Below are positions 40,801 to 55,562 of a stretch of DNA of 64,000 nucleotides, one piece after another. A program made the position numbers and the translations under genes. The stretch lies in NCBI GenBank assembly GCA_951406725.2, contig OX597817.1, positions 140,182,001 through 140,246,000 of the forward strand. Direction: 5' to 3'. The notes under the pieces are model-generated. The model saw only the letters and a list, made by a program, of their open reading frames with translations. It did no database searches and had not been told where the DNA came from. Each line of letters opens with the position of its first letter. Position 1 is the stretch's first letter. Origin of the DNA: Octopus vulgaris. Lineage: Eukaryota.

Positions 40801-41444
40801 AGATAATAAGGTAATCAAATGTTTAAGAGGTTCGTTTAGCAATTACGTGATCCTAGGTTCGATTTCGCTTAGTAGCATCTTGGCCAAATATCATTTACCA
40901 TATCGCCTCAAGTCATTTTAAGCAGAAATGAGTAAAAGGAAACTTTGTAGAAGCTCGAGGTGTATGTGGTTCATCTTTGTCACAAAATGTGTCAAACTCA
41001 AGTACGTTAAGAGTTTACGCGTGTCTGTGGGATACTCAACCACTTACACTGTAATTTAATGAGTAGGTAATTCAGTTGGTCGGAAACTAGCCGCTCAATG
41101 CCAACATCGACGGAGATCCATTTACGAGAAGGGGAGGAGGAAGTTGAACAGTTGGTTGGTAGAGTTGGGGGAATTTAGCGAACTTAGAAGAATGAAGAAA
41201 AGTAATTCTGACTCAGACGAACTTGGAAATGTTTCTCTTGAAATTCCAATGTTGGGTGTGGGGTGAAATGGTCATAGGAGAAGACGTAAGCAGAGAGTCT
41301 TTGTTCAAGAAATGCGTTCGATTCTTGTTTAGTAGAGATGAGTTAGGAATAGAAATAAAAACTTTGGGGGATTCTGGAATAACGTTTGTGATTTATCTGT
41401 AAGAAATGCTGCATGTGACAAACACAGGCGACAGGTGTACAAGT

Positions 41445-41610
41445 AGGCGCTGCCATAGATGTATGGTTAAGAAGCTTGCTTTGCAATCACATGATTCCTG
41501 GTTCAGTTCCACTGTACGGTAACTTGGGTAAGTGTCTTCTACTATAGCCCCAGACTGATCAAAGCCTTTTGCGTGAATATGGTACACGGGAACTGAGTGG
41601 AAGCCCGTTG
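41445..41610 (+). mobile_element. SINE family A head (decayed)
   Basis: Similar to 46545-46700. Confidence 0.75.
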
Positions 41611-41636
41611 CATATGCGTATATATAGATACATATA

Positions 41637-41674
41637 TTGCCTGACGAACGGGAACGTGAAACTCTGAGCAGCAG
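41637..41674 (+). ncRNA. Decayed type I hammerhead (U16.1 mutated to C) in a pLTR-like fragment
   Basis: UUGC-CUGACGA-ACG-GGAA-CGU-GAAA-CUCUGAG-CA-GCAG. Confidence 0.6.
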
Positions 41675-41799
41675 TTTTTGACATGTTTTACATCTTTAAT
41701 AAAAAACCACATTACTCTACCTTCGGTATTCGAGGACTATTTTTCCACCTATTTTGCATTTATGTGATTTTTCGTGTGTTTATGTGTGTGCGTGTCTGT

Positions 41800-42125
<326 letters not shown>

Positions 42126-42350
42126 ATACCACACGTTCACACGGACCCCGGCCTTCCGACTGCCTTGGATAACCAATTCCTGGATTTTTACACCGGATTA
42201 CTGTTACCATTCATCCGGAGTACGCCACTATAATCGTGATTGGAAATCAAAAAATTGTCCGTGACTCTTCCACTTTTCCTCGTCCTCTTTTTACCTTTCT
42301 TCTTATTTTTTTCCTCCGTCTTCCCTTCCCTGGATCTTTCCTTTTCCTAT

Positions 42351-42385
42351 GTTTCTGACGAAGAGCTCCGCTCGAAACGTTAAAT
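42351..42385 (+). ncRNA. Minimal type I hammerhead with ACGU palindromic stem III, within a Penelope-type 3' module (about 42128-42476)
   Basis: GUUU-CUGACGA-A-GAGC-UCC-GCUC-GAAA-CG-UU-AAAU. The module ends in (TA)n. Confidence 0.78.
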
Positions 42386-42501
42386 CCTCCTTCTTTCTTT
42401 CCTTTCCTCAGCGTCCAATAACACTATATTTGTTCCACGTCCTCGCGTTGTTGTGTTTTCATGTTTCGATTAACTATGTATATATATATATATATATACA
42501 T

Positions 42502-42532
<31 letters not shown>

Positions 42533-42665
42533 ATAATTAGGGTTCAGCAAAGATTTGCTTTAACACATACCAAAGTTTAGAAATAGCAGCCAAAGAACCT
42601 TAGCTATTTCCTCTACTTTAAAAAGGGACTCCCGGAAAAAACAATTGATTAATTTTAACCTTAGT

Positions 42666-42733
<68 letters not shown>

Positions 42734-42814
42734 GTATGTATGTATATGTATGTATATATAAATGCGTGTATGTATGTATGTATGTATGTATGTATGTATA
42801 TGTGCGCGTACTTG

Positions 42815-42995
42815 AGTTTGGCATTCCGCCACCGCTTAATAACTAGTGTTGTGGTGTTTACATCCCTGTGACTTAACACCTTGTCAAAAAAGACCGATAG
42901 AAGAAGCATCAAACGTAATAAAAATTAAGTAAAGGGGTCGATTTGTTCAAGGTGGAGCTCTAGCATGGACGCAGACTAACGACTGAAATAAATCA
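42815..42995 (+). mobile_element. SINE family A, 3' half (decayed)
   Basis: Similar to 46770-46950. Confidence 0.65.
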
Positions 42996-43379
42996 AGGTA
43001 AAAATACATAATAATGTAGAGAGAAAATTATCCAGCATTGTCCATTATTGTCCATTATTGTCTTGCGTTCGCTTTTATTACATTTTTGTGATTTTTAAGC
43101 AACGATCGACTTTCGAGATGGGCTGACTTCACAGTATCTATAAAACACGTGCTATCAAATTTTCAAGGCGTCCGCAAATATAGGCTCATAAAAACATTTC
43201 AATAATTCTCAAGATTTCAATAACAGCCATATCCTATTGATCCTTTCCGAATGTGATGGATAAAACTTCACGATCATTTGTGGCATGTCAATAGGCTAAT
43301 ATTGCTTATCTCCCCCTGCTGGTGAAGGTGGAGTTTTCACATATTGCTTGACACACTCACACTTCAACCGGTACTGTTT

Positions 43380-43615
43380 GGAAGACGAGCTGGCAGACTC
43401 GTTAGCACGCCGGGCGAAATGCTTAGCGATATTTCGTCTGCTGCTACGTTCTGAGTTCAAATTACACCGAGGTCGACTTTGCCTTTCATCCTTTTGGGGT
43501 CGATTAAATAAGTACCATTTACGCACTGGCGTCGATATAATCGACTTAATCCGTTTGCATGTCCTTGTTTGTCCTCTCTGTGTTTAGCCCCTTGTGGGTA
43601 ATATAGAAATAGGTA
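43380..43615 (+). mobile_element. tRNA-derived SINE family B with a Nin-like central domain
   Basis: GAGCTGGCAGA A box, GAGTTCAAAT B box and GCCTTTCATCCTTTTGGGGTCGAT..ATAAGTACC. The Nin assignment is from recalled consensus. Confidence 0.82.
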
Positions 43616-43723
43616 CTGTTTGGAAGAGAACAAATGATATGTATATGTATATGTATATATCTATATATATATATATACGTTTAAATATTTGGCTAAACTG
43701 GCAATATGACCATTCCGAAATAT

Positions 43724-43797
<74 letters not shown>

Positions 43798-44313
43798 ATA
43801 TGTATGTATGTATATATGTATCATAACTCCAGTTAATATCATTCGACACATACATAAAGAGAGCTGATCAAAAGCTTTGGAAGGAATAGAATATAAATAT
43901 ATATTATGTTTATGGACTTCAAGGTCTAGGCTGCTATTATTTAGATAATTTAGGAGTTAGTTATAGGTCCACTTAAAGAATTATTAATTTACCGATACTG
44001 TTTTTGTACATAGGGTAAATGTGGTTTCTTTGTTGTAGTTTAATTATTAATATTAGTGTTTTAATACTTCTTAGAATTAAGATTGAAAGAATGTGGTGTT
44101 ATCTAAGGTGTGTTTATTCCCAAACAACATTTATTTTAGTGCTGTTGACATTGCTGGATTGAATGGCACGGCCCATGTGTCGAAACCATAATGACATTCG
44201 GGAGAGCGGCTGATGATGGAAGAGTGTTGGATTGTTGGTATGACTGTTATTGTATGAGCGGAATAGTTTTATAAGACATTCATTCGATACAATACTGCTT
44301 TCAAATGTTGGCA

Positions 44314-44763
44314 CTAAACCGGCAACCCCACCAAACTTGCTCGGTGAGGAGGATGTTTATTGAACACCCTGCGGGATGAAAAACAAAACCTGTCAAAGGG
44401 CGCAGGAACTCTTGAGAGTCATCGGTCATCCAATAAATGTCTTAAGGCTGTATCATGCACGGGGACATAGAAATAATCGGACTGAATACCCGATCGCGCG
44501 GTTAAACCATTGGGAGTGAAGGACTCCTAGCCTTTGTTAGGGCATCCTTCTAGGAGAAGGTAACTCAGGTAACTGGGATAATTCCGACATAAAACCTGCG
44601 GCTCAGTGGTTACCGATGATGTTGACTTGTTCTTCTTTTCGGATTATGGCTGCTGTTGCCTTTCCTCACTTTAAAAAAATCTTCTTGCACAGGCATTGCA
44701 CGATAACAACATTGATTAAGCTTCGTGCAATGGCCATACTCGATAACGAGGGGGCAGCCACCA
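44314..44763 (+). mobile_element. Second, 5'-truncated copy of the non-autonomous RTE-derived element
   Basis: Colinear with 20240-20722. Confidence 0.8.
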
Positions 44764-45017
44764 TATATGTATGTATATATGTATATAAAATATATATTAT
44801 TTTGTTTCAGTTAACTTTCTCAAACCGTCTGACGAAAGCAACTGAGCCGAAACATAAAAGTTACTCTCAAACATTTCTTTGTTGAAATATAATAAATGTC
44901 AATGTATTGAATGATCTCTCAATGTTTGTTTTCATGAGGACTATGCATAGAAACAAATACACACAAATATATATTTATACAGACATACACGCCTTCATAC
45001 ATACATACACACACACA

Positions 45018-45069
<52 letters not shown>

Positions 45070-45204
45070 TTGGAAATGGATGCATGTTCGAAATTGATTA
45101 GACAGTCGACAACTGATGAAAGGTCCTTTCTCTTTGTTTACTTATCCTATTTTTTTGTATTTCATGCTGTTTACACAGTTAGTGACGTCCTGTACCCATA
45201 TATG

Positions 45205-45309
<105 letters not shown>

Positions 45310-45356
45310 ATGTGTGTGTGTGTATATCTGTGTATATATATATATGTGTGTATATA

Positions 45357-45466
<110 letters not shown>

Positions 45467-46179
45467 TACACATATATATATTCATATATGTATATTGTAT
45501 ATTAATAATCAAATTTATCATGCACGTTTCTGAAATCGTTTTCTTTATAAAAATATTTAACTATCTTCTACACCCTATGAGAATAATAAAAGTCTTCACT
45601 CATCTGACAGTTGACTCTTGCTGTCAATGTCTGCTAATGGAGATAAATTCATTATTTGTTTGTTTGTTTGCTTGTTTTGTTTATATATTTTTGTTTTGCT
45701 TGTTATGGCACCCTCTCTTCCTTCTTGTTTCCTCCTTCTCTTCGGACACTCCTCGAAACATTCATTTATTTTTTAGGAAACAATTATTGAATTTTTTTTC
45801 TTAACAACCATTCAAGTTTTTTCTTCATCGCAGTTCGCAGAATCATCGTTGCCATTAGCATCATCGTCATCACTAGCATGAATACAACCTTCGTGTTATC
45901 AAAGACATCTTATCATTAATGCATTACTTCTTTTTGTGGTGGTGGTGGTGGTGGTGGTTATCATCGCCGTCATTATCATCATTATCCCGATCATCATCAC
46001 AATCCTTATCACCACCACCACCACCACCACCACCACCACCACCCACCAGTTCCTCAACCACACGCGCTGCTAAACAATTAAGTCATACACACGCATACAC
46101 TTTTATATAGATAGATAGAAATACACACACACACACACACACATATGCAAGTACACATAGGTGTATGTATATACATGTT

Positions 46180-46390
46180 CTTTTAATCTTTTACTTGTTT
46201 CAGTCATTTGACCGCGGCCATGCTGGAGCACCGACTTTAGTCGAACAAATGGACTCCAGAACTTATTCTCTGTCAGCCTAGTATTTATTCTATTAGTCTA
46301 TTTGCCGAACCGCTAGGTTACGGGGACGTAAAGACACCAACTTTGGTTTGTCATGTGATGGTGATGGGGAGGACAAACACAGACACACAA
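46180..46390 (-). mobile_element. SINE family A, 3' half
   Basis: Reverse complement of 46750-46950. Confidence 0.82.
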
Positions 46391-46544
46391 ATATATACAT
46401 GTATATATATATAGAATGTAAATAAGTAACAAAGATGTACAGGTGTCCAAACAGTACGGCCGTTTCAAGCGGCTCCATTTAATTGATCAATTTAATGGTT
46501 CTTGGTAAGAGGTTCTTGGTACAGAGTGATATATGTTTCAAATA

Positions 46545-46955
46545 GGAGTGGCTGGGTGATAAGTATCTTACTTACCAATCATATGCTTCCGGGTTCAGTC
46601 CCACTGCGTGGCACCTTGGGAAAGTGTTTCTACTATAGCCTCGGGCCGACCAAAACTTTGTGAGTGCATTTGGTAGATGGAAACTGAAAGAAGCTCGTCG
46701 TATATGTATGTGTTTGTGTTTGTGTTTGTGCGCATGTGTGTGTGTTTGTGTGTCTGTGTTTGTCCCCCACCGTCGCCTTGACAACCGATGTTGGTGCATT
46801 TACGACCCCGTAACTTAACGGTACGGCAAAAGTGACCGATAGAATAAGTACTAGGCTTACAAAGAATAAGTCCTGGAGTTGATTTGTTCGACTAAAGGAG
46901 GTACTCCAGCATGGTTGCGGTCAAATGACTGAAACAAATAAAATAATAAAAGAAT
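46545..46955 (+). mobile_element. SINE family A, full length
   Basis: tRNA-like head, GGCACCTTGGG central part, (TG) spacer, conserved 3' half and A-rich tail. Confidence 0.9.
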
Positions 46956-47056
46956 ACACACACATATATATATGATATGTATATAATTATAATTTTCTTT
47001 CGAAAAACACAGCGTCGTAGTGCTCAAGTCGTACCCGAGGCGCTAGACAAGTAAGA

Positions 47057-47388
47057 TAGATAGAATAGAAAAGTTTCAATCAGGCAGACTACGATTAACA
47101 CATGCATATATGGGTTTCATTAGGATAAAATAAGCATCATCCACTCTGAAGCACATACTGATATATTAGAAATATAAAAATATAGAAGTATAAAGGTATA
47201 TGAATACTAAAAATATACATGGACATTTAGATATACAGATATATAAACATAATGTAGATAAAAATAATGAAATGTAATATATCAATATCAACGTTTCAGA
47301 TTGGACAATTATTATTTTTTTCCTAATTAAACCCGCATATGTATGTGTTAACCGTAGTCTGTCGGATTTGGACCTTTTCTGTTCTATC

Positions 47389-47390
<2 letters not shown>
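47057..47390. repeat. Diverged inverted repeats of about 80 bp around an AT-rich spacer
   Basis: AGATAGAATAGAAAAG...GCAGACTACGATTAACACAT versus ATGTGTTAACCGTAGTCTGT...CTTTTCTGTTCTATCT. Confidence 0.7.
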
Positions 47391-47422
<32 letters not shown>

Positions 47423-47539
47423 AATAGTAAAAAGTGAAAAAACTACAGAAGGCTTGTTTTAAAAGGTTAAAAATATATATTTGAGTCATTATGTCTGAAG
47501 AATGTTATAAATTTTTTTCATACAATGACATAGTTTTTG

Positions 47540-47579
47540 AAGAAATGACTGGTTTCGCGTTCAGCTTTTCAAATTTCTT
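47540..47579 (-). ncRNA. Minimal type I hammerhead with a U3:A8 core
   Basis: Minus strand: AAGAAAU-UUGAAAA-GC-UGAAC-GC-GAAA-CCAG-UC-AUUUCUU, with a 7-bp stem I and a GUC triplet. Confidence 0.78.
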
Positions 47580-49393
47580 ACATCGTTATGTTTACGTTGA
47601 GAAGTGTGAAGAAGAGTACCAAATAAGGGGAGGTAATAAGTGATTTCTTCCGGTGTAAGGGAGATAATCGCTTAATATTTCTTGCCTTTTTTTTGGAGTG
47701 AGTTTCTCTGTATAAAAATGTTGGAATGGTTAAGTTTGGGCTTGTATTTTTCAATGAAGAATGTTTCCTTGTTTAGTCTAATTTGTGATGGTGTTCCGAT
47801 AGCATATTGGTAAAATGGAAAGATTAAAAATTGTGGTAGTAGTTGCTTTGCGCATTTCTCAATGTGCTCACTAAAGGGTATCATTCTGTATTCTGGGAAT
47901 GCAATCTGTTGTCGATGCAGTGTGCATCTACGTCTGAGTGATAGTCCCGTGGACCCCACGTAGTTTTGGTGATACCAGTATACCTCATAATTATGGACTA
48001 GAGGCAATACAGTTCTGGCTGGACCAATTTCCGGAGGAAATACCAAAAAGGATCAGTAAAGAATTCATTACTAAATCAATTGAATTCATCCTACATAATA
48101 ACCACTTCATGTTTGACAATACATTTTACTGTCAAAAATCCGGAATTGCTATGGGTACAAAGGCAGCACCAGTCATTGCGAACCTAACAATGGGCTACCT
48201 GGAAATAATCATTTACCAGGAATCTTTATCAATCTTTGGAAACCCCCTCTCTCAATACATAAAAGAGAATTGGAAACGATTCCTGGACGATTGTTTTATA
48301 CTCTGGAATGAAAACACAGATAAACTCCTAAAATTAAAAAACCTATTGAACAGCATAAACCCAAATATACAGTTCACAACGGAATACAACAAAAAGGAGC
48401 TCCCATTCTTGGATATACTAATTAAATAAATTAACCTTAAAATAGAAACAGACATTTTTTACAAAGCCACAGACGCCAAACAATACCTACTTTTTGATTC
48501 ATGCCACCCAAGACACACTAAAACAAACATCCCCTTCGACCTTGCAAGAAGGATATGTCAGAACAAAATACCAGAAATTTTAGACTGCAAGAACTCAAAA
48601 ACACCCTAATTGACAGACATTACCCAGCTCAACTCATAGAGGATGGGATCAGACGTGCAACAGAAATCAACATAGAAACTTTGAGAAAAGTTCAACACAA
48701 CAACACACCTTCCCCGAAAATACTACCTTACATATCCACATACAACCCCAGAAACAAAGAAGTCTCCACCATCATCACCCAGAATTTACCAATACTTCAT
48801 AAGGACCCCAAATTAAAGGAAATTCTAAACATACACCAAATCATTAAAAGCTACAAACAACCTAAATCACTTAAAAAGATTCTCATAAAGGCAAAATTGT
48901 TTTCTGAAATTACGGATGCAAAAGTAAAAAAATGTGATAGACCGAACTGTGCAACACGTCCAAACCTGCTAGAAGGATCAGAATTCCTCTTCAAAGAGGG
49001 ACAGAAATTTAAGATCAAATCTAATTTTACTTGTGCCTCTGAAAACATAATTTATGTCATAAAATGCTCGGGCTGCCACCAAAACTACGTGGGGTCCACG
49101 GGACTATCATTCAGACGTAGATGCACACTGCATCGACAACAGATTGCATTCCCGGAATACAGAATGATACCCTTTAGTGAGCACATTGAGAAATGCGCAA
49201 AGCAACTACTACCACAATTTTTAATCTTTCCATTTTACCAATGTGCTATCGGAACACCATCACAAATTAGACTAAACAAGGAGACAGTCTTCATTGAAAA
49301 ATACAAGCCCAAACTTAACCATTCCAACATTTCTATACAGCGAAACTCACTCCAAAATATTCAACCACGTGCTTTCACACACCAACTTTCTCA

Positions 49394-49455
<62 letters not shown>

Positions 49456-49503
49456 GTTAGCCACTACACACATTTTTTTCTCTCCTTGTTTTTTTCTGTG
49501 TCC

Positions 49504-49537
49504 CTTTCTGTAGAAGAGCGTAGGCTCGAAACAAAAG
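49504..49537 (+). ncRNA. CUGUAGA-core hammerhead remnant (GU of stem III deleted)
   Basis: CUUU-CUGUAGA-A-GAGC-GUAG-GCUC-GAAA-C--A-AAAG; compare 13433-13468. Confidence 0.6.
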
Positions 49538-49651
49538 ACTTTTTCTATTCCTGAGCGTTATAATAATACATCTGTTTGTTTTGTACACCACCTGTCTTCG
49601 TCTTTTGTTTTTTTCGTAAACTCTCCCTATATACATATATATATATATATA

Positions 49652-51035
49652 TAAGAAAGAAAAATATGCAAAAGCGCACAGGAGGTTTGTATGATAAAAT
49701 TTATGCTACTATTAATATCATAATGAAACAAAGAGTTGTATTACATCATTATTTAATAAACTGGGAGTACCGGTTCACGTCTTACGCTTATCAAACTTCC
49801 TAAATCTCAGATTTAACTCATGGAGATGCTATTTTTGTTGTTGACAATAATTTTTGCAGTCAAGGAATGTAACTCTTTAATATATTTGAAAATTACAAGT
49901 TACATTCAAAGTATTGTCAGGGTCTTTGGACTGATAGTTTTAATGTATACAGATTTGTGAGATATACACACACGTTTTAGGTGTTAATTACAAATATTTC
50001 AAGGGTGGAGAGAAAAATTTGATTGTTGCTGTGTTCTAGTGGGAGTTGGTTGTTACTAAAATGAATTAATGTTCAGTTCTGGTTTATATTTCTGAATGAA
50101 TGGGGCTTCTTTATTAAGAGGAACTTGTGTTGATGTCCACTCAGCAAATTTGTACCGCGGGAATATATAAAACTGTGGTTGCAATTGTTTAGCACATACG
50201 TCAATATGTTCACTGAGATACATCTGGCGATATTGTGGTGAAGCTATTTGTTGCCGGTGCACTACAGCGGCGGCGGATAGAATTTCCTGTAATTCCGACA
50301 TATTCTTTTTGGCAGCCTGAGCATCCAACCACAGAAATTAGATTTTTTCGGACGCGCAAGTGAAGTCTGATTTGATTGTAAAATGTTGCCCTTGTTTGAA
50401 ATGGTATTCTGACGCTTCCAAAAGGTAGGGCTATGTTCCACAATTGGAGTGATTACATTTTTTCAATTTTAAGTCGGTTGTAGTTGGGAGTAATTTTGCA
50501 TTTGTTAGTATTTTCTTTAGTGACTTAGGATGTTTGTTGCTTTTGACTATTTTAGTGTAGCGTAGAATTCTTTTCAGTTTAGGGTCCTTATGTAGTATTA
50601 GTAGATTTTGCATGGTTGTGTTGAATGCTTCTTTGTTTCTGGGGTTGCATGTTGATATGTCGGGTAATGTTTTAAGAGAAAGTTCGATGTTGTCTTTGGT
50701 TTTTCTCAGTACCTCAGTATTGATGGATTTCGCACGTTTAATCCCTTCCTTTATACGTTGGATTGGGTAGTGCCTGTCCAAAAGTATGCTTTTCAGTTCT
50801 TGTAGTCTTAAGTCTCTGGTATTTTTCTATGAAACGATCGTGCAGATCCTTCTTGCAAGATTGAAGGGGATGTTCGTTTTCGTATGTCTCGGGTGATAAG
50901 AGCTAAAATGAAGGTATTGCTTAGCATTTGTTGTTTTATAAAAGTTGTCTGTTTCTATTTTGTCGTTGTTTGTTTGTTTTAATCAGTATGTCTAGGAATG
51001 GTAGTTCCTCCTGGTTGTATTCTATTGTAAATTGC

Positions 51036-51036
<1 letters not shown>
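49652..51036 (-). mobile_element. Second Penelope-like element (decayed), tail-to-tail with the first, with a UUGAUAA hammerhead remnant at 49763-49800
   Basis: QFTIEYNQEELPFLDILIK, HPRHTKTNIPFNLARRICTIV, LISVVGCSGCQKEYVGITG, FIQKYKPELN. Confidence 0.92.
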
Positions 51037-51068
<32 letters not shown>

Positions 51069-51165
51069 TGTATGTATGTATGTATGTATGTATGTATGTA
51101 TGTATGTATGTATATACATACATACACACACACACACATATATACATACATACATACATACATAC

Positions 51166-51640
51166 AAAATGATGGTTTTCGCAGAACCTGGGGGATGGAA
51201 AATAAAACTCGTGAAACGGCGGATGAGCACAGACGAGTCAATGGCCATCTAGTTAGTATCACCGGGAGGAAGGGAGCGACCTCTAGCTGTTATTATATGG
51301 AGAGATACACTCTGATGGTTATTGGTCATCCCTTTTCAGCCTGTCACCAGTCACGGAGACTCTGAGAGTGGTACTTGTGTTGGACTCGCACTTATCACGG
51401 TAATCCGATGACGTACGAATATCATTCTGTGATAACCTCATTCTGTCATTCCATCAACTGCAAAATCCTCAAGCCATGGACGATTGGCGACCTGCATAGA
51501 CTTAACTACTCATGGGAGCTCATAGTCATGGAGATCTGCAGCGAGACTGAATATTCATTCGAGAGGTCATGGAAGGAATGTCAGAAATATCACTGACAGC
51601 GAGGAAGCAAAAAGTGACGGCAATCATCTGTGACGGTGGA
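51166..51640 (+). mobile_element. Decayed RTE-related non-coding element ending in (CAT)n (51641-51810)
   Basis: GGATGGAAAATAAAACTCGTGAAACGGCGGATGAGC...GAGTCAATGGCCATC parallels 20302-20358. Confidence 0.5.
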
Positions 51641-51641
51641 G

Positions 51642-51675
<34 letters not shown>

Positions 51676-51732
51676 GTCGTCGTCGTCATCATCGTCATCA
51701 TCGTCATCATCATCATCATCATCGTCGTCATT

Positions 51733-51797
<65 letters not shown>

Positions 51798-51861
51798 TAC
51801 TATCATCATCAAATGCATACATGCATATACATACATGTATATATATATATATATGTATATA

Positions 51862-51900
<39 letters not shown>

Positions 51901-52934
51901 ATCTATCTATATCTATATATATATATATATATATATATACATACATGCATATATATAAGCATGCATACAAATATACACGTGATATATGTAATCAAGAATG
52001 TTCTATTTACGCTGCAACCCTGTTTTAATCAATTTTATCGCCACAATGATGAAATCGATACAAAGTCGAGCAGGATGCCTCCTCCCTAAGCTCTATATCA
52101 AACTATCTCACGCATTTGTTTATCTACTCTGCTATCCCCATCATCTTCCTTTTTTTCACCGCCTCAATATCAATGATTATATCAATAGCTCTCTACGTAA
52201 AATAACCGCAGGCTATTGCAACCCTTTATTTATTTAATAATTATTTAGCTAATAATATATTCAGTCAAAAATACAATTAACATATCTTCTTGACGTTTCT
52301 GAAACCTCTCAGGAGATATTTTTATCATTGCTTAGGTGTCATCTATTTTTTCCTTTTTCTGTTTTGAATGAACGAGGTCATTGGGTGGACGGTAGGAGCT
52401 TTTAATTGGCAGTCTCATACAAGATCAATACATCTCTGAATTCATTCTAAAACACCCTCGAGGGTATGTGTAAGGCTACTAGAATAATATTTTTTTGGAA
52501 TAAATTTTTAAGACGATGACTTCTATTGAATAGAAAAAAAAGGATGAAATTTCCATTCCGATATCGATACCGTCCATGAATGTAAATGTTCAAACCATCA
52601 TCTTTTATTGGTTTCTATCGTCTGAAGAAACATTATATCTCTCTAGATGCACTGCTACATTGTTCGGGTGGCTGAGATGACAGTTTTGAACAATTATGGT
52701 AAAGGGCAACATTTATATCCCCGATCCTACTTCCGATATAATTTATATTTAAGGACTAACTGGATAAAAGTCAGATGAAAAATCGTAGATTTCCAATGTA
52801 GGTTATGCAAATCGAAAGAGGAAAGTATTACTCGTATAGTAAGTGAATACTATTAGGTGGACTATATTTTTCTAAGGTTATGACTCGTTCTCAAGAGAAC
52901 GATTTTTCCTGATTCTGAATATTATTATTATTTC

Positions 52935-54605
52935 GTACACGCACAACAGATTAGACTGTTGAAAAAAATTCCTACCATCAGGGTACTACTAGTAACCTTA
53001 CATTCAAAGAACCCTCCTAAGTATCCTAGCTGTCCCTAATAACACAGTTTTCTTGGAGCTGCACTAAACTAGGTTTTATGCCTGTTTCCTCTATCCATCT
53101 GTTCACATCTTTAGGAATAGTTCTTAATGCACCTTTAATTACTGGGATACATTTTACCCAAACTTTCCATAGTTTCTGTAATTCAATGGCTACGTCCTGG
53201 TATTTCGTTATTTTCTCTATACCACTCATATTGATTTTTTTCATCATTTGGGATTGTAAAGTCAATTATCTGACACTTTCTATTCTCTTTGTCTACTATT
53301 ACTAAATCAGGTTTCTAGCTTCTATTACTTTATCAACCTGACTGTTAAAGCCCCACAAAATCTTATATTTCTTAGTTTCTTGTACTTTACTAGGGTCATG
53401 TTCATACCTTTTATCAATATGGTTAAATCCTAGCTTTCTACATAACTCCCAGTGGATTATTCTCCCTAGGTTGTCATGTCTTTTCTAGTATTCTTTCTGT
53501 GCAAGCATTGTACATTCACTTACTATATGAGTAACACTTTCCTCTTTTGATTTGCATAACCTACATTGAGAATCTACTATTTTTTTATCTGAATTTTATC
53601 CAATTAGTCCTTAATGCTTGATCTTATGCTGCTACTATAAAACTTTGTCTCGTTTTTCAGCCTTTCATTCTGCAAGCATAATCATGTTTCACTACTACTA
53701 TTTTCTGCAACTATCTTTGGGAATCTACCATACAAATCCTTCTATTGCCAGTCAGGTGACTTTTGTTCTTTTTTTCTGGTTTTTAACTTCATTCAGCTAA
53801 TTGGTTTCATTATTTCCTTCTGTGATTCTAGCAACTCTTAATAAACTTTCTTCAGTATTTCCTACATAGGAGGCTACATCTACGCTAGCTAACTCCACGC
53901 AGTCTTCTACTGATATTAACCCTCTTACACCTTCCTTTCTAGGTAGATATAATCTTGCTACTCCTGCTCTTGGGTGAAGTCTCCTATTCATATTGAATTC
54001 CTTGTTCTATCTAGATTTGCTAATTCAGATCTTGCCGAGTATCTAAAGCTGCTGAGTATCTACGTAATGATCCTGCCCAAGTATGTACATCCTTCACTCG
54101 ATCGGGACCATTTAGCTTTGACTTCATTAGCTTCCTCACTCTTCTGATGTACTCCTCAGTTTTCGTTTCATTTCTATAGGTAATACTCTGCCAGGTTCTA
54201 ATACTCCTAAGTACTCATAACACTCTTCTTCTTTCAGTGATTTTAATATCTGGTAACTGGATGCTTTCACTACTGACTACCCGTCCCTTTTCCGTGACTA
54301 ATATTGCACACTTATCGATGCCAAATTCCATGCCTATATTTTCGCTGAAGAATAATGTAGTTTGTATAAAGCAATCTATCTCCTTTTTATTCGAACTAAA
54401 AAGCTTCAGATCATCCATGTAAGGCCAATGGTTGATTTTTTCCCCTTACTATTTCTGAACTGATACCCTACCTTTGCCTTCCTTAATACTAAGCTGAAGG
54501 GGATTAAACATAAGACAAATATTAAAAGGTAGAACAAGTCTCCTCGGAATATCCCTCGCTTGGTATTAATTTTCCCTAAGGCTGTGTCACTTGAGTAGAC
54601 ATCTA
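52935..54605 (-). mobile_element. Decayed R4/Dong-like LINE (RT, zinc knuckle, RLE)
   Basis: MDDLKLF, FSENIGMEFGIDKCA, LHPRAGVARLYLPRKEGVRGL, CRLCKSKEESVTHIVSEC, RHDN, EKITKYQDV. Confidence 0.9.
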
Positions 54606-54640
54606 CTTTATTTTTTTTATGTTAAAGGAAAGTAATTCTA

Positions 54641-55380
<740 letters not shown>

Positions 55381-55451
55381 ATATTATTTATTGTTTCTTG
55401 TCCATCTCCACATATTCTGCAGTTACTTGTTATATTTTTATATTTTTATTA

Positions 55452-55554
<103 letters not shown>

Positions 55555-55562
55555 CTTCGTAA

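Larger units (their letters stand above)
47420..49628 (+). mobile_element. Penelope-like element: inverted 3' segment (47420-47972) joined to a 5'-truncated RT plus GIY-YIG ORF (47972-49330) and a 3' hammerhead module
   Basis: TSIPHNYGLEAI, GIAMGTKAAPVIANL, RFLDDCF, LPFLDI, IIYVIKCSGCHQNYVGST. In-frame stop at 48427 and a lesion near 48555. Region 47690-47972 is the reverse complement of 49077-49357. Confidence 0.95.
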
